A stretch of DNA of 64,000 nucleotides from Octopus sinensis (Eukaryota): positions 51,646,001 through 51,710,000 of the forward strand of contig NC_043000.1 of NCBI RefSeq assembly GCF_006345805.1, written 5' to 3'. The notes beneath the pieces are model-generated. The model was not told the DNA's origin. It saw only the letters and a program-made list of their open reading frames with translations, and did not search any database. A program made the position numbers and the translations under genes. Below are positions 1 through 12,120 of the stretch, one piece after another (positions within the stretch are counted from its first letter, which is position 1; every line of letters starts with the position of its first letter).

Positions 1-514
1 AATTTGCTAAAGTCATAGAAAGAATTGTTACTTTGAACTGACATGGCATAGGCTTCCTTAAATTTTTGAAAATTCTGAAATAGCAATTTCTTAATAGCTG
101 TTGCAAGGTGTTCAAAAAACTGTGTTAAGAGATAATTGAACCAATCATATTTATAAACTATATGAATCTTTTAGTGGATGTATGTCATTTTTGTTTTCTG
201 ATTAGTGCTACAGACTAAAAAAAACAAAAATCAATAAATTTATAAAAAACATTTTTTGTGCTCTAATTTAATTGATGGCATATATTGCAGCCATATGAAA
301 GGCATCTAAGAATGATGTGCTATATTAAGATTTTCAAAATAAAAATTATTTGTATTATATTGATGTCATTAAGAATTTAGAAACTTCAAGAAATGTGAAA
401 TAATTCTTTTTTAGAACAATGGAATTCGAAGCAGATAAACTATGAATAATTATGTGTAAATATTGGGTTAAAAGCCCTTTTGATACAAAAAGTCAAAAGC
501 ATCCTTCGGGGTTT

Positions 515-1127
515 TTAACATTTAAGCATTCAGATTACTCTATCAAATATTATATAATACTAGCAGTATAGCCTAGAGTTGCTCTGGCTTGTTTTCTTTT
601 CGACTTTAGAATTGGAATTTTTGAAAAGTGAAAATTTTGTATTATGTAGCTTGTTATTCTCTCTTTCCTTTTTGAAATACACCGAAGAATGGCGACACAG
701 CAGTCAAGAAATCGTAAAAAATAAGGATTTTCATAGAAAAAAAAGCACCTTTTTGATGTAAATAATTTTTGGTCTTAACATGGTCCGATTAAAATTTTTT
801 CTTCTCCGGAAAGAAGAGCAAGCCTTCTTCTATCATACTCTCAATTTTGGTCAACTTGCACTGCAGGGTCTCGGAGGAGATAGTGTTAGTTGAAGGCTAC
901 CAAACCTGCCATACACAGACAACTTCAGCTTTATATATATATAGAGATTTATTTATTCACATTGTTTTGAATTAATCGTGCATTATCTCATGGCTTTGAA
1001 AATTTGATGATGTGCTTGTATGTATTTTAGAATGACATTGTCAAGTAGATGAGAGAAGCCAGATCTGGCAAGTTGTAACGTAAAACAGGTAGAATATTTG
1101 GGCCAGTTTAAATGCTAAATGGTTAAA
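515..1127. mobile_element. TTAA-flanked piggyBac-like MITE interrupted by a Helitron-like insertion (558-948)
   Basis: Ends read ttaacatttaagcattcag ... aaatgctaaatggttaa, degenerate versions of the terminus gaatgctaaagggttaa at ~57798. The body matches 57575-57798 in the opposite orientation. TTAA+CCC termini are the piggyBac signature. Confidence 0.6.
558..948 (+). mobile_element. Non-autonomous Helitron/Helentron-like element (Lep1/HINE-type), degenerate
   Basis: Starts TACTAGCAGTATAGCC..GTTGCTC and ends acagacaac..ctttatatatatatagagat, the same end motifs as 17931 and 18491. Confidence 0.6.
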
Positions 1128-2403
1128 GTTTTTTTTTAAGCCAATATTTACGTGTTATTATTGATAGCTTTACCTGTTTTGAGTTTCACTGTTCCAAAAA
1201 CAGAATGTATTATTTAGAAATATCGTGCTCATTAAAGAATGTCACAGAATAATTTTTAGGTATTTATAAAAAAAAAACATTTATATCGTCTCTGTTGATA
1301 GAATAATTATTACATTAAGATTCAAACCATATTTAATTATACCAATCAAATAATTTGTTTAATTTATATGGTTTCAAACATTTTTTTTTAACTTTAAGTG
1401 TGCAAACCTATTTTTAGTTCACTAGAAAATTTATTATCTGAACAACTAACTTTTGAAAATATAACATAGTATTGTAGTTTTAGAAATATATCAATTAAAA
1501 TTTAAAGGCCTACATAAGTAATGGTTTGTTTGGTTAACTTTGTGTAGTAAAATTTATGTGAATCTGTGAAGGGGCTGGATGAGTAATTTCGTCTAGAGTT
1601 GATAAAAAACACTGTTCTTGAAATTTTACTTGTAAGCACTAAGGGAGGTAACTATCATTTTTACAGTTACCTCCCTTACCAATAATGGCTATAAATCTAT
1701 TTAGCATTTAAAAGATTTTTTCAGATTTGGACATCAAATTTAATGGGTTTTTTTTACTCTCTAAATATATAGGAAAATTTCTAGAAAGCGAGAAATATTC
1801 CATTGGATTTTAGTTTTCTATTTTTTAGGAAAATATCACCATTTTTTTTTCAAATTAACAAGTTTTAAATATTAGATGATTTTTGCACTTAGTAGAAATA
1901 ATCACTTGAGTAATTAGAAAATCAAATTAAGAAATAAATGACCTCCACTTAATATCTGAAGGAAATTCTATTGCTAATGTCTAATCTAATTATTTTAATT
2001 ATATATATGGATGAAAATTATTCCAATATTTTTATTCACATTAAAAACAAAATCTTAGTTCCATCTCTAAATATATATATTTGATCTCTTGATACTGGAT
2101 TACATTTAAATCTATTAATTTCATTAAATGAATTAATTTGATCAAAATGTAGGTGTGTTAACTACACATGTTGAACCATTTTGAATTGTAATTTCAGTCT
2201 ATACATTAATGTAAAATCATACACACACACACATTGTGATGCATGATTTTCTCTCTTAGTGTGAGTAGAAATTTATGTATTACATAATAATACATATTAT
2301 TTAATTAATTCTATATTCTGATTGTGACAACATACACAGGTCAGATTTAAGAATTGTTTCAGAGCAATCGTAGAAAACATCCTTACATAGAAATAATTTG
2401 TCT

Positions 2404-2900
2404 TATTTAGCTTTTTACTTGTTTCAGTCATTGGGTTGTGGCCATGCTGGGACACCACCTTGATGGGGTTTCAGGTGAACAAATTTACTCCACTACTCAT
2501 TTTTTAAAGTCTGGTACTTTTCTGAACCACTGAGATACAGGGACATAAACAAACCAATACCTGTTGTCAAGTGGTGGTGGTGGTGATGGATAAATACAAC
2601 AAATACACACACACAGTGGTTGACGTTATGAAGGGTATCCAGCCATACAAACCATGCCAAATCAGATTAGAACCCGGTGCAACCCTCCTGCTTATCAGTT
2701 TCAGTCAAACCATCCAACCCATGCCATCATGGAAAGCAGACATTAAATGATGACAATGATGATTATAACACACAACAGGCTTCTTTCAGTTTCCAACTGC
2801 CAAATCTTCACATAAGACTTGGGTTGGCTCTGGGCTATAGTAGAAGGCATTTACTCAAGGTACCACACAATAGGACTGAAGCCAGAACCATGTGGTTGGG
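2404..2900 (-). mobile_element. tRNA-derived SINE family A (octopus-type), composite copy
   Basis: Reverse complement of the family tail (tttcagtcatt..ggccatgctgggacaccacc) and head (ccaaggtaccacac..gaaccatgtggttggg). Confidence 0.7.
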
Positions 2901-3846
2901 TTAGGGTTAGTGTGCTATCAGTGTTCTTACTCAGTGATTTTTGTAATCCAGTGTGATTATTTCAAACCAATAAACGCACTGGTTAAAAATTGTAAATAGT
3001 ATTAATTTTCCGGATAGTTAGACATGATTTTTTTTTTTTTACCATGAAAAATGAATACAGAGATTTAATTTGAAAAAAATATTAGGACAACCAAGCGATA
3101 CAGCCAATGTATACCTTATTACTATTTGATTTTAGATTGCTTTTTGAAAAGATAACTGACATCACTTTTAATTTGACCATTTGTGGTCCATTTATGTTTT
3201 GCTGATATCTTATAAACGTATTCAACCGGAGAGTGTATATTCGAAGTATGCTATCAGTATATGTGTAGATAATTTCAATTGTTTTGGTATTCTATTCACT
3301 ATTTAAAAATACATTTTACTATCATTTAAATAGATTTCATACAAGTTTGCAATTATTTAACAAAATTTTGTGTATATTTACCTCATTAAATTGATGTCTT
3401 CATCATTACCACTAGGTTGAACAGTTTGTCATCTTTAGCCAGACAGAATCATAATTATAGATATAACTGAAGTGTACAATATAGAAATTGCTACACCAGA
3501 CATTATTACCTATTCCAGTTATGTAAATAACATATTAGTGTGGCCAAGGCTGGTAGAAGTTTACTGTATGTTATATGTTATTATGTTATACCTCTAGATG
3601 TAAACTGAAAAGATTCGAAATTAATAAATTAAGTACCAGGAAAGTACTGATGTCAAGTCATTCACTATAGTTCTCCAATACAAATTAACAGCATGGTAAT
3701 ATGAATGAGAAATCATTAAATATATTTGATATCCTGTGGAGAATACCAAGTATAGGTCGTTCTTGACAAGATTTAAACTCGTCATAGCAGTCAAACTAGC
3801 AAGTTTCTGGACTTCTCTTTTTTTTTCATATATATATATATATATA

Positions 3847-4075
3847 TTTCTTTACTACCTATAAGGGGCTAAACATAGAGGAGACAAACAAGGACATACA
3901 AAGGGATTAAGTAGATTACATCGACCCCAGTACGAAACTGGTACTTAATTTATCGACCCCGAAAGGATGAAAAGCAAAGTCGACCTCGGCAGAATTTGAA
4001 CTCAGAATGTAACATCAGATGAAATACCACTAAGCATTTTGCCCGGCGCGCTAACGTGTCTGCTAGCTCGCTGCC
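3847..4075 (-). mobile_element. tRNA-derived SINE family B (OR-like cephalopod SINE), near full length
   Basis: tttctttactacc..gggctaaac..tcgaccccgaaaggatgaaa..gtcgacctcggcagaatttgaactcagaa..gctagctcgctgcc. On the minus strand it has a B-box-like GAGTTCAAATT. Confidence 0.8.
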
Positions 4076-4092
4076 TATAATATATATATATA

Positions 4093-4482
4093 GGCACAGG
4101 AGTGGTTGTGTGGTAAGAGGCTTGCTTCCCAGCCACATGGTTCTAGGTCCAGTCCCACTGTGTGGCACCTTGGGTGTGTGCCTTCTACTGTAACCTAGAG
4201 CTGATCAACGTCTTGTGAATAGATTTGGTAGATGGAAACTGATATATATATATATATATATATGTGTGTATGTATATTTATGTGTGTGTGTCTGTGTTTG
4301 TTCCGCCATCACCACTTGTTGATGTGTTTATGTCCCTGTAACTTAGCAGTTTGGTAAAAGAGACCAATAGAATAAGTACCATCCTTAAAAAATAAGTACT
4401 GGGGCCGATTCATTCGACTAAAAATTCAAGGTGATGCCCCAGCATGGTCACAGTCTAATGACTGAAACAGGTAATAGATCAA

Positions 4483-4483
<1 letters not shown>
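4093..4483 (+). mobile_element. SINE family A, full length with internal (TA)n/(TG)n
   Basis: Head ggcacaggagtggttgtgtggtaag..ggtccagtcccactgtgtggcaccttggg; tail gccccagcatggtcacagtctaatgactgaaac. Confidence 0.8.
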
Positions 4484-4527
<44 letters not shown>

Positions 4528-4533
<6 letters not shown>

Positions 4534-4607
4534 CAAAATAAGCAACAAGAATATCTTCGGTAATTTCCAAATTACAGAAGATATTCTTGTTGCTTATTTT
4601 GATTATA
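4528..4607. repeat. Near-perfect hairpin (39-bp arms, 2-nt loop, 1 mismatch) abutting (TA)n
   Basis: tataatcaaaataagcaacaagaatatcttcggtaattt-cc-aaattacagaagatattcttgttgcttattttgattata. Confidence 0.9.
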
Positions 4608-5334
4608 ATCACCCCATGGATTTATATGGATAACACCGTACAAAATTCTGGTGCATCTAATTTAAGTACCACATTCATTTGAATCTAAATTTTGCTGAAC
4701 GTATATATATATATATTTGGTGGACTTTTATCATAGATGACAGATGAGCATTCTGCAATTTCTTACTGAACAAAATGCCCAAATAGCTGGGTTATAGTGA
4801 TAAAATGTTTGTGCCATACATTAGGTCACCCCTTCCATCAAGTCAACATTACCTGTACAGGTGTACAGAGTGCCACATGTCAGATGTCAGAGTGGTCACA
4901 GAGCAACATGAATTGAAGAGTTTAGCTGAAGAACACACAACACAGCTTAGTCTTGGAACTTAGACCAAAATTTTGTGATGGTGAGGTCGTGCACCTACAC
5001 ACACACATGCACATACACACACACCCACACACACGTCTAATTTCTCTGACATTCTTTATCTTTCACTCTTTGTGTCTTCTAATTTTTGTTTCATTTTCCT
5101 ATTAAAAATAATATATATGGGTCAGGTAAAAAAAGAAATAGTAAGTATTTTAGAATATTATATATAGGCATAAAAAAATTCATAAAATGTATCTCAGCTA
5201 AGAATTATGGCAAAAAATATATACCTAGCTATTTTTAGATAAGGATGTTAATTCTGATATATATATCTTCAAAAGTAATCAGTAACAACAGAAGCAGTAT
5301 TAATACCAAGATCTTCTTCTTTAATCTTCTTTAT

Positions 5335-6030
5335 GCATTTAACCCTCCAATGCGGAGTATAGGCTTCTTATAGTTGAATTTCATGTCACATATTTTTTGG
5401 CTTCTGTACTTATACTCTGCCATGAATGTCCCCCTTTCTCTAGTTCCTTTTGTGTTATCTCTGCCATGAGTTCTTAGGTCTACCTCTCCTTCTATATCCA
5501 TCTGGTTTCCACTGTAAAGCACTTTTCGCTGCGTTTGGCGTGTCTTTTCTAATTGTGCTTCCAATCCACTTCCACTTTTTCTTAAATATTTGCTCCCTAA
5601 TCGAAAAGGTAATATTTAACCCACTTAAAAGTGTTTGTTGTATTAGAACACAGGATACTGTGATATTTATCATGTATGGTCTTCTGGTGCATATAAGCAC
5701 TCTAGTTTATATGGATAGCAAGAGACAAATGATTGACATCGCTACTGTTAAGACTACCTGATCTCATACTTTCGGCCCTCCCTGGCCTTGTCAATAGTAG
5801 ACACCTGACTGCTGGAGATAGCAGCTATGTCTAAGCCAGTGATATCCATAGAATCACAGAGCCCAATATATATCTTGTATTTGCTACTTATTCTCTGGGT
5901 TTGTAATGGATGTAGACACTGATTCTAAAATACAGATTACTCCATAGATGAAATTCTTTTCTACTCTCCTCCTCTCTATCCCTAATGTTCAGCTTACCAT
6001 ACTATTGATAACGATCAAGATGGACAAGGA
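5335..6030 (-). mobile_element. RTE-clade LINE 3' fragment (decayed ORF2 C-terminus)
   Basis: Translation KWKWIGSTIRKDTPNAAKSALQWKPDGYRRRGRPKNSW matches the RTE-type C-terminal motif W.W.GH..R.....AL.W.P.G.R.RGRP..TW. A second copy lies at 21628-21950. The extent beyond ~5760 is approximate. Confidence 0.8.
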
Positions 6031-6571
6031 AATTTGAAATAATTTTATAAAAAATAAATAAGAAACAAAGAAATATTTTTATTTTTACTTCTTTTTATAT
6101 CAGAATTACTGTGCAGACATTAGTCATATTTTGCTAAGTAGTTTATAATTATATATGTAAAAAAATAAAATAATATAAAATTAAACCACACTAATTTGTT
6201 CTTAAAATATTTATCCAGGAATTCAACCAAGCTGCAAAAACTATCTTCATTAACATTTTTATTCTGATTTATTCTCATTTGATTGTGTATTATTTGATCG
6301 AAGTTCTTTGTGGGTCAAGTAAAATAAAAAATAAAAAAGTATTTTAAATATAAAAAAATTAAAACAAAGATATTTAAAAAACTTGTAACTATTCTAAAAC
6401 ATTAGATTTAGGCATAAAAAAATATAAAAAATAAGAAATGAAAAAGAATATGTGAAAATTCTCAGCTCACAATTATGGCTAAAAATATATATCTGATTGT
6501 TCTATTTAAATAAGGATGTTAATTCTGGAAATGAAAATTAGCAACATCACATATATAATAATAATAATAAT

Positions 6572-6762
6572 AATCCTTTCTACTATAGGCACAAAGCATG
6601 AAATTGACAGGGAGGGGATAAGTTGATAACATTGACTCCAGCACATAACTGGTACTTAATTTATCGCCCCTGAAAGGTTGAAAGGCAAAGTCAACCTAGG
6701 TGAAATTTGAACTTAGAATGTAAAAGATGAACAAAATGCTAACAATTCTGCTTGCTCGCTGC
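6572..6762 (-). mobile_element. SINE family B, degenerate
   Basis: tttctactataggcacaaagc..ggtacttaatttatcgcccctgaaaggttgaaaggcaaagtcaacc..gcttgctcgctgc. Confidence 0.7.
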
Positions 6763-6791
6763 AATAACAACAACAACTAGTAGTAGTAGTA

Positions 6792-6834
<43 letters not shown>

Positions 6835-6864
6835 TAATAATAACAATCATCTTTTATTCTTTTA

Positions 6865-7308
6865 CATTTTTGTTTCAGTCATTAGACTCTGGTCATACTG
6901 AAGTACTTGCCTTGTAGGGTTTAGGGAAACGAACTGCTTCCATCCCTACCATACATTTTAAAATACTTTTACAACTCTAGTGTTTATTCTATTGTTTATT
7001 TTGCTTAACCATTACCCTACAGGGACATAAACAAACTAATAAGCCATTGTGAGGACAGATTCAAAGACACACACACACTCGCACATATAAGATGAGCTTT
7101 CACACAGTTTCCATCTACTTAATTCACTTGCAACTACCATCACTTCCATCTACTTCATTCACTTCCATCTACTTAATTCACAATTGCAAGGCCTTGGTCA
7201 GTCTGGAGCTATGGTACAAAACATTTGTCCAAGGTGCCACACAATGGGATTGAACCCAGAACCCTGTGTTTGCAAAGCGAGTTTCTGAACCACACAGCCA
7301 CGCCTGCG
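6865..7308 (-). mobile_element. SINE family A
   Basis: Tail tttgtttcagtcattagactctggtc; head ccaaggtgccacacaatgggattgaaccc..cacagccacgcctgcg. Confidence 0.7.
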
Positions 7309-7439
7309 TGTTTATTTTTTTGTGTTTCAGTCATTGGACTGTGGCCATACTAGGGCACTGTCCTGAAGGGTTTAGTTGAATCACTGAAACCCTGTACTTC
7401 TGTACTTTTTTCAGTCTAGTACTCATATTATTTTACGTT

Positions 7440-7682
7440 GCTCCAGTTCACTCAGCTAGCAAAAATGAGTAATGCTGTGATGGACTGGCCTCCCATCCAG
7501 CTGGGGAATACATACGCCATTGAAACTGGGAAACCGGGCCCGTGAGCCTGGCTAGGCTTTAAAAAGGGCGCATTCTGTGATGGACTGGCGTCCCGTCCAG
7601 GTGGGGGGAACATATACGCCACAGAAACAGGGAAACCGGGCCCATGAGTCTGGCTAGGCTTGAAAAGGGCGACGTTTATTGT
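7440..7682 (+). mobile_element. SINE family D 3' part with an internal ~97-bp tandem duplication
   Basis: gatggactggc..ccagctgggga..catacgcca..gggaaaccgggccc.tgag.ctggctaggctt..aaaagggcg occurs twice. A single-copy reverse version is at 29850-30068. Confidence 0.75.
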
Positions 7683-8276
7683 TTTTTTAGTACTCATATT
7701 ATCAGTTTCTTTTGCTAAATGGCTAAGTGACAGGATGTAAAGAAACTAACACTGGTTATCTAGTAGTGTGGGGAGAAAAACACATAGGCATGCTTCCCCC
7801 ATATATATATATTTACATAGAAATAAAAGAATAAACTATTTCAAACACTCTAAAAGGTGGAGAACTAACAAGTGGTAAGAAACACTATAGAGAGCTGAAC
7901 AGCAACACATACACCTACAAGAGAGCTGCTATACAGTTACTTGAAATGCTAAGAAAGGCAGCTAGTTGTTCATCAAATCACATTCCACTGATTCAAACCT
8001 GGAAGGGATTTGTTATCTAGAATAATGCTGTCTAGAATACATCATGCTAAAAAAAAAAAAACAATCAAAGCAGAGGAGGTTAGAAAGGGTCAAGTGATGA
8101 AGACATTTCGGCCTAGCTAAAGGCATCTGGAAGATGTAAAACTGCTGTCCGAGAAAAACCATTGTTCGATCGTGGGAAAATTTCTGTTGCAGTGTTAATT
8201 TAAATTTGGCTGTAGTGGATCGAATCTACTTAATGCATGCAAGATCCACTACAAATATATATATATTTGCCACATC

Positions 8277-8330
8277 TGTCGCTGACGAAGAGAGGGTTCT
8301 TTTTGAACTAACCCTGAAATCGGTCCGATA
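8277..8330 (+). ncRNA. Candidate minimal (type I) hammerhead ribozyme, Penelope-like-element type
   Basis: tgtcg-CTGACGA-agag-agggtt[ctttttgaact]aaccct-GAAA-tcg-GTC-cgata. It has the CUGANGA and GAAA cores, a GUC triplet, a 6-bp stem II and a 5-bp helix I. There are 4 extra nt before stem II, and helix III is ATCGGT rather than the ACCGGT palindrome. Confidence 0.45.
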
Positions 8331-8481
8331 TGGTAATAATGGAATTTTTTTAGAGATTTCTGTCGACCTTTTTTCGAGTAGCGTGCATACTTGGAAAAAA
8401 ATTATATGGTAAATGGACAATATGTCCGATTTTCGGGATATTTGGCATTAGAAATTTTTTCGTTTGCCTTTATTTATAAGT

Positions 8482-8526
<45 letters not shown>

Positions 8527-8863
8527 ACACACATACATATATATAAAAGTTGAATCAAGTTAAAACAGTCTGGTTTTCACGTTTTATATTATGGTATTTT
8601 AACAAAATTAGCACTTTCATAGATAGTGTACTCATCAGATTTCAAATGTGTTTATCTGACAGTCAAGTTTTTGATAACTTTAGTATCTCTTAAAATGCTC
8701 CAGCCAACTGAATTTTATTATATATATATATATATATATATACTAGAATATAAGGATAAAATTATCAGGTAAGCCAGCCTGCAATAAAAATTTATAGGTA
8801 ACTTATATGTTAAATTAATCATTATATACTGATGGATATAATTATATTAAAGGAGCAAGGGCG

Positions 8864-8963
8864 AACTTTGTGAGCGATCACTTTGTTCTTGTCAATGAGT
8901 AATACTGACCCAGGGCCAAGGGTATTACTTACTGATGAGAACAAAGTGATCATTCACAAAGTT
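8864..8963. repeat. Imperfect hairpin, 42-bp arms, 16-nt loop
   Basis: aactttgtgagcgatcactttgttcttgtcaatgagtaatac / gtattacttactgatgagaacaaagtgatcattcacaaagtt; 6 mismatches, all transitions. Confidence 0.85.
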
Positions 8964-9153
8964 TGAAATTACTGTGATATGGGTTTGTCTTATTTTCATA
9001 TTCGATTTTTTTTCACCTATGGTACGGGGTCTTAAAATCTTACTGCTTGTTCCCTCGATTTCGCTCTTGTGTACAAGTAAAAACTGTGATTTTGAGTCGT
9101 TTTGACTGCTATCTTTAGCATGCTGGTGCTACAAGTAGTACCCTTCATTATTA

Positions 9154-9205
<52 letters not shown>

Positions 9206-9525
9206 TTATACTTATATACATGATTATAACTAGGGATCAGCTTTATGCTTCACCATGCACTGCAAGAAATAGACGCTGAAGTCCTTTTTACCACTGTAAA
9301 ATCTGAGAATAACACGCTATATTGTATTTAAGGTGGTAAAATGGTCTATTTCTTGCGGTGCCTGGTGAGGCATAAAGCCGATTCCTTGTTATAATTATGT
9401 ATATAATTATAAAAGATTTTGTAAAATTTACCTATAAGGTTTTTATTTCCGTACTGGCCACCAGGTAAAATTATTGATTTTACCCTTTATTATTATAATT
9501 AATATATATATATATATATATTATA

Positions 9526-9700
9526 GTGGCTAGGCCGGTTTATGGAGTTACCCTGGGTTTCACACTCAGAAGGAGTTTAGCCTTGTGGCGTATCTTCAGA
9601 CCCCAAATAGAGCAGTGCTTGGGGTCTGAAGATACGCCATAAGGCTAAACCCCTTATGAGTGAGAAACCCAGGGTTACCCCATAAACCGGCCTACCCCAC
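9526..9700. mobile_element. Fold-back MITE-like element (~81-bp arms, ~90% identical, 12-nt loop) next to (TA)n
   Basis: gtggctaggccggtttatgg...cttcagaccccaa / ttggggtctgaag...ccataaaccggcctaccccac. A decayed copy of one arm is at 48979-49055. Confidence 0.75.
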
Positions 9701-9902
9701 AATAATATGAACTGCTCTACACTTTAGAGTGTGCTTCTTCTCTGTATCTTTGTATTTCTACAAACTATATATATTTATATGAACTTTAGGGTAGTTAAAA
9801 CATTTTAGTGACATATTTCTACTTCTAAAGGCAATGTCAGAAACATATTTCAGATAACCTAAAGCTCGGTTATGCCTAAACACTGCTTGGCTCTGATACT
9901 GC

Positions 9903-9983
<81 letters not shown>

Positions 9984-11167
9984 CATACATACGCGCGCAC
10001 ACACACGCGCACGAGCGCCTGGTCCGATATTATTAACGTTCCTCGAGTGATATGGTTACAGAGATCTAAGGATACATTTCGCGTTTGAAACTCAAACTGT
10101 ATTTATTTGTGCAAGCGCGCGTGTGTGAATAAATAAATGTGTTGTTATTGAGAAGTAATTTATTGAGAAAAAAAAAACAGATACATACATACATGCATAC
10201 ATACATACATACACACATACATACATACATACATACATACATACATACATACATTGGCATGTCAGTGAGAGTGTATGTGTGCATATACGTATCTATCTAT
10301 CTATCTATCTATCTATTTGCATGTGATATAAGATGATTAAAAAAGAGATTTCATGGGTAGGGAGCCTGTGTTAAGAAATGACAAATACTGTAAAACGACC
10401 GTATTACATAATATTTATCTATTTCTAATGCATTTTCACTGAATAGATGGAAAATATCTTCTTTGCGACAGAAAACTACCTTTAAAAAAAACATCTTGTG
10501 CTTAAAATAAAAAAAGAAGATAAAAATGATTATTATATCTATACACATACATGGATAAATGCGTTTGTATATCCTTGTGTGTGCTTCTTCATATAATGCC
10601 TGTGTGTGTGTGTATGTGTATTGTTATGAAGAATATTTTAAAGCTAGGCAAGTTAAAAACGTATTATATTCTATTGATCGTGTGCATGTAATAGATATAT
10701 ATATATATATATATGAGTGTATTTCGCGTTTTAGGCTTCTTTTGAGAGTTAATAGTTTGGAAGTACATTTAAATGTATATAAATTTAAATCTACTTCTCT
10801 CTCTCTCTCTCTCTCTCTCTCGCTCGTTTTCTCTCTTCTGCCGTAAGTTCCAATAAACTGCTGCCATTAATCTTGATGTTTAAATAAAGTAAGTGATTTC
10901 TCGTGGATTGAAGAAGTTTAGGCAAAGAGAGACATCATCGCCCGTTTGTCGCTGTCCTCCTTCCCCTCCACCTCATCAGCTATCGTCACCAACTTCATCA
11001 TTATTTACTGTTACCGTCATAATATCGTCGATGTCATCTGCACAGTGAATCACCGTTATAGATAGGTCATCACCATTGTCACCAAGAACAAATGAATATA
11101 TATATGTATATGTATGTATGTATGTATATTTATATGTATGCATGTATAAATAAATATGTATGTATAT

Positions 11168-11201
<34 letters not shown>

Positions 11202-11392
11202 GTATATATGTATGTATGTATATATATATGTGTATGTATGTATATATATATATATATGTATATTTATATACATATATGTATATATGTATATTTATGTATA
11301 TGTATGAATGTATATGTATATGTATGTATATATATGTATATGTATGTATGTATATATATATGTATATATATGTATATGTATGTATATATATG

Positions 11393-11445
<53 letters not shown>

Positions 11446-11446
11446 A

Positions 11447-12060
11447 GGGAGAATTCACAAAAAAATAACAAAAGACGAAGACAGGTGGTGTAGACAACAA
11501 ACAGATGTATTAGTTTAACGCTCGGGAAGTGAATAAGTCTTTAACGTTTCGAGCCTACGCTCTTTCACAGAAAGGAACATACAAAAAGCAAGGAGAGAAA
11601 ATAAAGAATGTGTAGTAGCTAGCGATTTATCATGGCGAATGCCAGACAGAAGGGTCTCACAGGAGATCTAGGAAGAAGAGGAGATAATAAAGTAGTGGTG
11701 ATCCCAAAATGAAGGTGCGCGTGCGTATGTATAAGAGAGTATGTATGTGCGTGGAAGAGGGCTGGTGACCTTGACGTGTGCGTGCGGGTATGTGTAAGTG
11801 AAAATGTGGGGCTGGGAAGTGGTCAGTGCTAGTGTGTGCGTGGTGGTGTGATGTGATGTGTTGTGTGGTATGGTGGTGTGACGGTGTTGGGAGGTGGGGG
11901 AGTCGAGAGTGGGGAAAGCAAGGGTGGGGTATGGGCTAGGCTGTGGATGGGGGTTGAGGTGGGATATGTGGGAGTAGGTGTTTGTGGTGGGGTTCGATAG
12001 GAAGTATAGGAAAGGTGGGGTTGGAATGTGTGGGGGTGGGGTGGGTGGGGTTACTGTTTT
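11447..12060 (-). mobile_element. Penelope-like (PLE)-type non-autonomous repeat with a degenerate hammerhead-like motif
   Basis: Shares agagaattcac..aaaagacgaagaca.gtggtg..acaaacagatgtattag..aacgctc..acgtttcgagcctacgctct with 49077-49275. The minus strand carries cttt-CTGTGAAA-gagc-gtag-gctc-GAAA-CGTT-aaag. Confidence 0.5.
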
Positions 12061-12120
12061 CTACCGGTGTATAATAAACACGCACACACACACCCGTGAA
12101 CGCCTACACACGCATAAACT

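Noticed and set aside
3439-3522. 84-nt + strand exon-like segment (PDRIIIIDITEVYNIEIATPDIITYSSY)
   Set aside because: It has AG/GT borders and an open frame, but no family similarity or linked exon, so it is not distinguishable from chance.
3600-3810. Minus-strand LASLTAMTSLNLVKNDL matching an LRR consensus
   Set aside because: A single repeat with no splice acceptor; consistent with chance.
8930-8970. CTGATGA...GAAA inside the 8864 hairpin as a hammerhead
   Set aside because: There is no NUH triplet adjacent to helix I and no helix III; the pairing is a by-product of the inverted repeat.
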